From a virus, in UHGV virus genome UHGV-1430452: DNA of 64,000 bases; one strand, given 5' to 3'. The position numbers and the translations under genes are program-made. Below, one piece after another: positions 57,478-64,000 of this stretch (position 1 is the first letter of the stretch; each line of letters opens with the position of its first letter). The notes beneath the pieces are model-generated. The model had not been told where the DNA came from, searched no databases, and saw only the letters and a list, made by a program, of their open reading frames with translations.

Positions 57478-57489
57478 AGTTTTTCACCT

Positions 57490-59223
57490 CTATTCAAAAG
57501 CATCCTTGTTCAGTTTATAAGCAACGAACGCATCCATAAGTGCTGCAACGCAGTCAATCTTATGCTCTCGTTTGCGTTTATAAAGTTTTCTGTTACCGTT
57601 GGTGTCTTCAAGGGTGATACAGTTTCCCATAGCAAACGACATGATCTCTTCATCGAATCGAAGCATTCTCTCTTCAGAAAGGTTCTTTAATTCTCCAAGA
57701 GGAATAGATTCTGTCTTTGCTCCCTGAATTACTTTCTCAATACCAAACGGACCATTCTCGGTTTCCCATCTATTAACAAATTCCTTTGCTCCATACGGGT
57801 CAAAGCCGAAACACCGAACATCGTAATCACTATCGATAATATGTTTATCCAGATCGTCGTAAACTTGCATCATATCGAGGATCGCACCGTCGAGAACTAT
57901 CAAACTACCTTCATTCATAAACTGATCGTATTTCGTCCGCATAGCTGCTGGTAATTTCATCAGAGTTAATGAAGAAATATAGTTTCTAGTCTTAATACCG
58001 AACGTTCCATCCTGTAAAGGGAACATAAATGAGAATGAGCAAAAGTCGTCTCCCTGCGATAAGTCTGCTCCCATAGCACAAGGTAATCCCCAGTAATCTC
58101 TACGTCTATGAGGTATTGTCTCTTCATAAGTAAAGTAATAGGTATAACCTTCCAACGGGATTCCAAATCTTTTCGCAAGAATATCGTTCTTTGCTGCTGG
58201 GTTCTGTTCGGCTCTTTCCACGTCAAGCTGATATGCTTCAGGGCTAACGGTCTTTCCAATATTCGGATTAGCCTTAAGCCACATTTCTGGATTTCCTACT
58301 TCCTCAATATCATCGAGCTTATACCACCAGATTGATACGTGAGGATTAGTGTACTCGTCTCGAAGAATCTTAGATAATTCCATTTTGATTGTGTCGCCGC
58401 TACCATTTCGTACAGTACCTTCTGAACTGGTTGCCACAATAAGATAATCATCATTTTTTGAGGCACCCTGTTCAACAGCACCAACGACGTCTTCTCGTAC
58501 ATCTCCTGATAGCCATTCATCTATAGTGGAGATCTTATCTCTTCGTGACTGCAATTTATCGATGGACATTGGTAGAACTTCGATTATTGAATTTGTAAGG
58601 AAGTTCTCTACACCCTTTTTCGTACTAGCTAACTTCTGTCGATTCGCCCTTGAGCCTGTAGTATTCTGTAAAGAGCCCTCTGTTAAGAATTTAAACAAAG
58701 GACCTCTAGCTCTTGCTATAGCTGTACGAATAGGAGCTAATGTTGCTTCTGATTGTCTCATTGTCGGCGCGGTTACTAATTGCTGAGTAGTACTCGTGTC
58801 GACATTTAAAAAATAAGCCTGAATACATGCCGCATACATCGATTTAGCAGCACCTCTGGCTACGATCAAATACTGTTTGTTAACCAGTCGTTTCTTAATT
58901 CTCTTGGTAACATATCGTCCTTCGTCGTAGTCATAGACTGATCGTTCAACGAAGTAATACCAACCGAAAATCTGTTCCGCCCAAAGTTTAAACGAATCAA
59001 GTAAATGTAGATCTTCGCCATCAGTTAATGTGAGTTCGTTCTCACAATAATTAATAAAACCCTGGATCGCTTGGTCGTCATACCAAATTCCAGGGTTAGC
59101 TATAAGATCATCTATTCGATTCATCTCCATCGAGATTTCTTTACATATTGGGATTTCTCCTCGCATGACCGCCTCTCTAAAGCGGCCGTAATATTTCGGA
59201 ACAGCCGTGTTTGAAAGACTCAT
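57490..59223 (-). CDS. terL: Terminase large subunit
   Basis: 577 aa. ATPase-like LIVARGAAKSMY (Walker A-like) and YLIVATSSEG. The C-terminal nuclease-like region has GADLSQGDDFCSF and KIDCVAALMDA. Confidence 0.85.
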   Translation of the reverse strand: MSLSNTAVPKYYGRFREAVMRGEIPICKEISMEMNRIDDLIANPGIWYDDQAIQGFINYCENELTLTDGEDLHLLDSFKLWAEQIFGWYYFVERSVYDYDEGRYVTKRIKKRLVNKQYLIVARGAAKSMYAACIQAYFLNVDTSTTQQLVTAPTMRQSEATLAPIRTAIARARGPLFKFLTEGSLQNTTGSRANRQKLASTKKGVENFLTNSIIEVLPMSIDKLQSRRDKISTIDEWLSGDVREDVVGAVEQGASKNDDYLIVATSSEGTVRNGSGDTIKMELSKILRDEYTNPHVSIWWYKLDDIEEVGNPEMWLKANPNIGKTVSPEAYQLDVERAEQNPAAKNDILAKRFGIPLEGYTYYFTYEETIPHRRRDYWGLPCAMGADLSQGDDFCSFSFMFPLQDGTFGIKTRNYISSLTLMKLPAAMRTKYDQFMNEGSLIVLDGAILDMMQVYDDLDKHIIDSDYDVRCFGFDPYGAKEFVNRWETENGPFGIEKVIQGAKTESIPLGELKNLSEERMLRFDEEIMSFAMGNCITLEDTNGNRKLYKRKREHKIDCVAALMDAFVAYKLNKDAFE

Positions 59224-59266
59224 GATGTTTTTCTCCTGTTTTATTTTGTGTTCTATTTAGCACACT

Positions 59267-59839
59267 TTAACGACCATAACGAGCATTGTTCAATATTCTT
59301 GACACATAGGTTCGTCCAGTCTTTTTGTATGCTTCTTGAGATTCGAGCAACATAGCATCTGCCTTATCAGATAATCTTGAAGCATCTTCGAACATTTTAT
59401 TATACTCCTTAGCATCTGCTGTTTTGTTCTGTGCAGAAGCTATAAATCTTGAAACTGCGTTTTTACCAAGTTTCTTGCGCTGCTCTTTAACCTGATTCCA
59501 CTTTGCATCAGCAACATCACTAGCTTTTGATGCTGCATCAACCTTTTTAGAATAATCTTTTACTGCTGATTTTTTGGCATCTACTTTCGCTTTCTTTATG
59601 TCGGCTTTTGCTTCTCTTAAAGAAGCCTTAGCTGCATCTCTTTGGATCTTATTACCTTTTCGAATAGCTCCAATACCGTTCAACTGACCAGAATTCCTAG
59701 CTGCTTTACGAGCTTCTAATCCATCAGCTCTGGCTTTCTTAGAGGCTTGTCTAAAGGTCGGCTGATCGCTTCTCCTTCTAACTCCCCACTTCATGCCTTT
59801 TACACCGTAGTGCATTAATTTGTCATCATAGTATCCCAT
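59267..59839 (-). CDS. Paralogue 4 of the HYGVKGMKWG(V/I)RR N-terminal-motif family (190 aa, Lys/Ala-rich)
   Basis: N-terminus MGYYDDKLMHYGVKGMKWGVRRRSDQ. Confidence 0.65.
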   Translation of the reverse strand: MGYYDDKLMHYGVKGMKWGVRRRSDQPTFRQASKKARADGLEARKAARNSGQLNGIGAIRKGNKIQRDAAKASLREAKADIKKAKVDAKKSAVKDYSKKVDAASKASDVADAKWNQVKEQRKKLGKNAVSRFIASAQNKTADAKEYNKMFEDASRLSDKADAMLLESQEAYKKTGRTYVSRILNNARYGR

Positions 59840-59868
59840 TTTGAATTTTCACCTCTTATCTCAAATAG

Positions 59869-61005
59869 TTATGTGTTCCCGGACAGCATCCCAATGATTT
59901 CTCTATCCGATAGTTTCGTGTTCGGATGTTGTTTACGATAATTATTTATCGCTTTTGTGTTAAAAGCATATGATACTCCTACTGGAACAGTTGCTCCCAA
60001 AGCATACGTAGCTCCCTTTTTTGAGCCAGTTATTATTTTGTTGACGTAGTCTTCAGCTTTCTGTATTTTCTTAGCTTGATCAAGATTCTTTGAAATCTCA
60101 TCAACCGTTAATTCTCTAAAATTAGTTACAGAAATCTTTCCTTTCGCATCAAATACTATGAGAGGATTTTTTGTCTTGTAGTCATTAAACTTCATATCGT
60201 TAATGTCTTGAATAGCATTATATCCTTTTGATTTCATAGCACTATAAAATGTTTTGGATGAATATGAATCATGATTCCCAGCTAATTTAGAATTGAAATT
60301 TTCATACAGTTTTGATAACTCACTATCTGTATACGTTCCGAATTTAGCAAATCTTATAGGCTTTTCATTCGAACTTATAGAGCTTGGTAGATTATGTACA
60401 TACTCTGCGAACTTTTTATCATTCTTATAAAGATCTTTGAATACTTTCTTCGCATTATTCTTAGAAGCAACTTTGACATCATCTTTAACTAATAAAGACA
60501 TCACATATGCTTTTCCAGTCTGTTGATATCGTTCTCTACCAAGTTTACCTGCATATTTTATGTTATCGGTTTTCTTGTATGAAGCGAAGAAATTATCGTA
60601 TAACTTTCCTCCGGTATCTTTCATCTCTACTCGTTGCAACAACTTTCCAGACTTTATAGTTTTATCACAGTAATCTTTAATGTACTTATTTGTTGCATAT
60701 GCAGCTATCGAAGCAACTGTGATACCGGCTGTTATGGCTATGATTTTCTCAGTTTTGATACGTCTATCAGCCGCCATCTTAGCCTGTTTAGGACTCATCC
60801 CTTTGCTAATATACTTAGATTCAATCCTCGATCTGTGACTCGATCTATTTGTGCTCTTATCGGATTCGTTTTGGTATTTATTCTTTCCAGCATTAGTGAG
60901 AGAACCGTCTTTATTTTGGTAACGTCTTATTCCCCATTTCATGCCTTTTACACCGTAATGGTAGAGTTCATCTGTAGAAGTTATTCTTGAAATTGCATAC
61001 TCCAT
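59869..61005 (-). CDS. Paralogue 3 of the same family (378 aa, one TM segment)
   Basis: DELYHYGVKGMKWGIRRYQNKDGSLTNAGKNKYQ. The C-terminal YSAMKSKGYNAIQDINDMKFNDYKTKNPLIVFD aligns with paralogue 2. Confidence 0.65.
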   Translation of the reverse strand: MEYAISRITSTDELYHYGVKGMKWGIRRYQNKDGSLTNAGKNKYQNESDKSTNRSSHRSRIESKYISKGMSPKQAKMAADRRIKTEKIIAITAGITVASIAAYATNKYIKDYCDKTIKSGKLLQRVEMKDTGGKLYDNFFASYKKTDNIKYAGKLGRERYQQTGKAYVMSLLVKDDVKVASKNNAKKVFKDLYKNDKKFAEYVHNLPSSISSNEKPIRFAKFGTYTDSELSKLYENFNSKLAGNHDSYSSKTFYSAMKSKGYNAIQDINDMKFNDYKTKNPLIVFDAKGKISVTNFRELTVDEISKNLDQAKKIQKAEDYVNKIITGSKKGATYALGATVPVGVSYAFNTKAINNYRKQHPNTKLSDREIIGMLSGNT

Positions 61006-61022
61006 TTTGACTCACCTACCTC

Positions 61023-62081
61023 TTAACTCAAATACTTATCAAGTTTACGGTTCACATAAGAATCGCACTCCGACACACTCTTCGTTCCGAGCTTAGATAC
61101 GAAACCAACTGTATTAGCTCCGATTTCCTTAACGATTCTTTCTGAATTGTATTTTCGATACAGCTTGTCTACAATTTTAGGATTCGCTTCGGTTACAGAC
61201 TGAAGTTTCACCGAATCTGTATCAAACACAATCATAGGTCTTTTCGCATGATAACTTGAATACTCCTTATCGTTATAGTCAAGTAAAGCATTATAACCTT
61301 TCTTCTTTAACTCTGAGTAGAAACGATTTTGTGCAGCTATCTCTTGTTGATTATGGTTTACAAGGGATAGATTCAGAGCCTTATAGATAGCCACCTTTTC
61401 AGAATTTCTAAGTTTACTTGGATCTTTCTCCAAAGCATTTTGAGCTTGTTTAAATAGAACCTGTTGAGTAGGTCGCCGCATCTTCTCTTTAGAGTCAGCT
61501 ATCGAAGCCTCTACATTCTTCTTAAACTCTGGCTCTTTCAATAAGTTTGCGGTTATGTAGCCAGCGTTCTCATCTGACGGAACTTTCAACTTCTTCACAG
61601 TTTCCAGTTTCAACTGATAAACCTTCATATTATTGCTTTTATCTCTTAGAGATTTTGCAACGTTGAAATCTTCCTCACTGCCGGTTGCCTCAGCCTGTTT
61701 CTCAGCACGTCTTGCATCCGAAGCAGCTCTACTCGTAAGATTCTTACCAAATAATCCGAGATACTTATCCATGTCTTTCTTTTTATATGTAGCGTAGAAT
61801 GCGAAATTCTCGAATTCTTTTGAAGTCTGGATTCGAGCGAATGTAGTACCTTTTCTTAAATATGTATCAACGTACTGCTTACCTGTGACTTGAGTTTTGA
61901 CAGTGTTTTTTAATTCAGAAACTTTCATACTCATTAACGTAGTCTTTTTCTGTGTGATATGAGTATCTGAAGAATTCTGATATCGTTTCTTACCAGATGG
62001 TGTCAATGTTCCGTCAGCATACTGATATCTCCTAACACCCCACTTTTGACCTTTAACGCCGTGATGATAAAGTTCTTCCAT
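61023..62081 (-). CDS. Paralogue 2 of the same family (352 aa)
   Basis: MEELYHHGVKGQKWGVRRYQYADGTLTPSGKKRYQ. The C-terminus has YSELKKKGYNALLDYNDKEYSSYHAKRPMIVFD. Confidence 0.65.
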   Translation of the reverse strand: MEELYHHGVKGQKWGVRRYQYADGTLTPSGKKRYQNSSDTHITQKKTTLMSMKVSELKNTVKTQVTGKQYVDTYLRKGTTFARIQTSKEFENFAFYATYKKKDMDKYLGLFGKNLTSRAASDARRAEKQAEATGSEEDFNVAKSLRDKSNNMKVYQLKLETVKKLKVPSDENAGYITANLLKEPEFKKNVEASIADSKEKMRRPTQQVLFKQAQNALEKDPSKLRNSEKVAIYKALNLSLVNHNQQEIAAQNRFYSELKKKGYNALLDYNDKEYSSYHAKRPMIVFDTDSVKLQSVTEANPKIVDKLYRKYNSERIVKEIGANTVGFVSKLGTKSVSECDSYVNRKLDKYLS

Positions 62082-62084
62082 AAC

Positions 62085-62630
62085 TTACTTACCACTTAGC
62101 GCTTTGATGGCTAAAGCAATGCTTAATGCCGACCCGGTTACTGCTAAAACATCACCGGTGGTTTCTAGCATTCTACTAGCATACTCGCGTCCTTTCGTGG
62201 TTTTTTGAGGAGCAAACATATCATTATATTGTTTCTCCAAAAGAGCTCTATTAATCTGATCACGCATTTCTTTATCGGTCATGTTGCTTAAGTCCATCTT
62301 TTGTTTCGGATTATTTCTGATAGACTTATCGGTCATGGTCTTTATATTACGGCTCAGTCCAGCAGTAGCATCGGTCAAAGATTTGGTTCTTTCCAAGTCT
62401 TCTTTAACATATCGTCTAGCATCTGCTATGTTGTCAGTTCGACCGTTCTTTTTAGACTGCTTATAATAAGTACCAGTAGACTCATCATACTTATTAAATT
62501 CTTTTTCTCTAGAGTCTCTTTCATATCTCTTCTGACCTTTTTCAGTAAGAGTACCATCCTTGTTCTGGTATCTTCTTACTCCCCATTTCATGCCTTTAAT
62601 TCCATGATGATAGAGTTCATTATTGTCCAT
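62085..62630 (-). CDS. Paralogue 1 of the same family (181 aa, C-terminal hydrophobic segment)
   Basis: MDNNELYHHGIKGMKWGVRRYQNKDGTLTEKGQKRYE. Confidence 0.65.
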   Translation of the reverse strand: MDNNELYHHGIKGMKWGVRRYQNKDGTLTEKGQKRYERDSREKEFNKYDESTGTYYKQSKKNGRTDNIADARRYVKEDLERTKSLTDATAGLSRNIKTMTDKSIRNNPKQKMDLSNMTDKEMRDQINRALLEKQYNDMFAPQKTTKGREYASRMLETTGDVLAVTGSALSIALAIKALSGK

Positions 62631-62985
62631 TTTGAATTACCTCCTTTCCAGTTTGTTCTGCCTCCACATTAAGTCTCCATTCAAGCTCGTTGATCATCTG
62701 TTTCATGGCTTCCATTACAGCAGAGCTAAGAGGAGGATCGAAAATAAGTCTAACCTTTAGATACATATAGGTTTTTACAGCCTCGAAGTTTTTGTTATCG
62801 GTCGGAAGAAATTCATCCCATGTAGTAAACTTATCCGTGATATGAAATCCATTACTAGGACCAACTCCCAACTGACTAAGTATCATGAATACAGAATTGA
62901 TATGCATGATGATATCAGAATCAAAGTGCTCATAATCTTCTGTTATACCGAGCATCTTTTTAACTGATGTAAGTATACTTTCCAA
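62620..62985 (-). CDS. gp6-like head-tail connector / DNA-packaging family protein (tentative)
   Basis: The N-terminal ILTSVKKMLGITEDYEHFDSDIIMHINSVF resembles the l..vK..LgI...d..fD..l motif of Phage_connect_1-type proteins. Confidence 0.4.
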   Translation of the reverse strand: MESILTSVKKMLGITEDYEHFDSDIIMHINSVFMILSQLGVGPSNGFHITDKFTTWDEFLPTDNKNFEAVKTYMYLKVRLIFDPPLSSAVMEAMKQMINELEWRLNVEAEQTGKEVIQNGQ

Positions 62986-63002
62986 TATTCACACCTCCTT
63001 CG

Positions 63003-63416
63003 CTATCGTTTCCAGGGACAAGTGTCATTTGGTTTTCGTTCTATTGGTTCTGTTATAAGTAAGCTCTCGTCTCCGTAGTGAATAGCGTTGTGGGTATTGA
63101 GTGTTGTAGAAATTACATTCTCTGGATCGAATACTTTCGGATCTCGTAGAAGAACGTCTTCTACTGAAATTGGATTTATATGATGCACGAGGATCTTACC
63201 CACTATCTCATAACCTTCACAGGCCAAATCACAGCCATTATCTCGAATAATTATTTCGTTACGAAAGCGCTTCCATTCTGTCGTACGATAAAGCATCTGA
63301 TTTAAATATCGATCATAGCCGAATGTCTCAACACCAACTTGTCCGCCGAGTTGTAAGTATCTAAAACGATCTAGAAAAGTTGGAAGCTTAATCAATTCGG
63401 AATATGTTCTATTCAT
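63003..63416 (-). CDS. HNH endonuclease
   Basis: CDLACEG...HHINPIS....NVISTTLNTHNAIH is an HNH motif. ORF track 63003..63446. The ATG at 63416 overlaps the upstream stop (ATGAATAG). Confidence 0.75.
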   Translation of the reverse strand: MNRTYSELIKLPTFLDRFRYLQLGGQVGVETFGYDRYLNQMLYRTTEWKRFRNEIIIRDNGCDLACEGYEIVGKILVHHINPISVEDVLLRDPKVFDPENVISTTLNTHNAIHYGDESLLITEPIERKPNDTCPWKR

Positions 63417-63753
63417 CTTCATACTCCTCCGGATCTCCCTGACCATTGTAATTTCTGAAAGCCTTCATAGCGTTCTCAACGAGAACCTTGTATTCTTTCT
63501 CATCCTCTATAGCATTGGTTTTAGCTTCTAACAGTTTATTCTCTTTTTTAAGTTTCTCTTTCTCTAACTCTGCTTTTGTAGTACCAAGTTTCAGAAAATG
63601 TGTGATGACCTGAGAAGAAGCAGTGCCTTCTATTAACTGCCTTTCAGCTAGGTCCACTGCCAATGAAATCATCTGGTTTTCTCTAGCTTCTGGAGATAAA
63701 GCAGGTCTCATCTTCTTACTTTCTTTCGATGAGCTTTTGCTTAGTTTAGGCAT
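63409..63753 (-). CDS. Putative terminase small subunit / packaging accessory protein
   Basis: 114 aa, the first gene of the packaging block, next to an HNH. The ...ENQMISLAVDLAERQLIEGTASSQVITHFLKLGT... segment is HTH-like. The assignment is by position and memory only. Confidence 0.35.
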   Translation of the reverse strand: MPKLSKSSSKESKKMRPALSPEARENQMISLAVDLAERQLIEGTASSQVITHFLKLGTTKAELEKEKLKKENKLLEAKTNAIEDEKEYKVLVENAMKAFRNYNGQGDPEEYEDE

Positions 63754-63963
63754 ACTTTCTGCCTCCTCTCGTTTAATTATTAGTTACTTTTGTGTTACTT
63801 TTAATTTGGTTTCATGTGGTATTTAAGAAGACTCATAAGGACAATGAAAAGAAACTATTAATATTGAAAGGAGAAACCTTAAACCTACACTGATCAACCT
63901 AGAACCTTCGGAGGTGTCCATATGAGCCTTGTTAAATACCGCATAAAACTAAACATACCACTT

Positions 63964-63983
63964 TTGTTTTTACCAAAAATCCC
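63964..63983. repeat. 20-mer TTGTTTTTACCAAAAATCCC, copy B (at the right edge of the window)
   Basis: Identical to 15243..15262. The flank is similar (GCCGGAGAACTTCTGA versus ACTCGGGAAAATTTTGA). Confidence 0.7.
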
Positions 63984-64000
63984 GCCGGAGAACTTCTGAA

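Larger units (their letters stand above)
1..64000. mobile_element. Temperate tailed-phage genome segment (long-tailed, siphovirus-like); no host genes visible in the window
   Basis: Contiguous packaging, head, tail, lysis, lysogeny (serine recombinase + repressor/Cro) and replication modules. Lysis and replication genes flank the integrase on both sides. Confidence 0.85.

Noticed and set aside
63922-63999. Plus-strand 25-aa ORF (MSLVKYRIKLNIPLLFLPKIPPENF) with a GGAGGTG SD near the right edge
   Set aside because: It is an isolated plus-strand micro-ORF in a minus-strand region. Its 3' half is the non-coding 20-mer repeat, and the other copy of that repeat at 15243 is not in an ORF. It is probably fortuitous.
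1-64000. Stop-codon reassignment or suppressor tRNA, considered because the phage carries odd tRNA-type genes
   Set aside because: Long uninterrupted ORFs (4.2 kb, 7.5 kb, 2.6 kb) and tight gene packing are obtained with the standard code. Neither tRNA-type gene shows a CUA/UCA/UUA anticodon in a credible loop.

Overview
This AT-rich 64-kb window is almost entirely one temperate tailed-phage genome. It looks siphovirus-like, with Bacillota-style GGAGG ribosome-binding sites, and I see no host flanks. Nearly all genes are on the minus strand. From right to left: 63.8-57.5 kb is packaging (TerS-like, HNH, TerL), split by four paralogous genes. 57.1-51.6 kb holds a collagen-like protein, portal, a prohead-protease/capsid fusion, connectors and the major tail protein. 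51.5-27.6 kb is the tail: chaperone-like genes, a GH25+NlpC/CHAP+4xCW_7 lysin, a gp10-like gene, a 2515-aa tape measure, Dit/Tal-like proteins and five fibre-like genes with two small chaperone-like paralogues. 27.6-27.0 kb holds a holin and an XhlA-like gene with no adjacent endolysin. A plus-strand lysogeny module (dual-HTH repressor, large serine recombinase, two small paralogues) lies at 23.4-26.3 kb, divergent from a Cro-like gene. The region from 23 kb down to 0 is the early/replication arm. It carries a 1408-aa SF3-helicase + prim-pol + family-B polymerase fusion, an SSB-like protein, a stand-alone LigA-Ia-like domain, DUF3310/DUF2958-like genes, three membrane-protein paralogues, one tRNA, one aberrant tRNA-like element and many tiny genes. 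The most unusual signal is a fixed-register 25-28 nt box (minus strand TTCGCGAAAATTACA-N4-CCTATTATG). It is repeated about 22 times in front of early genes and both tRNA-type genes, usually paired with intrinsic terminators, so 15-22 kb reads as a string of monocistronic mini-cassettes. All functional names come from motif recognition by eye and no database search was run.
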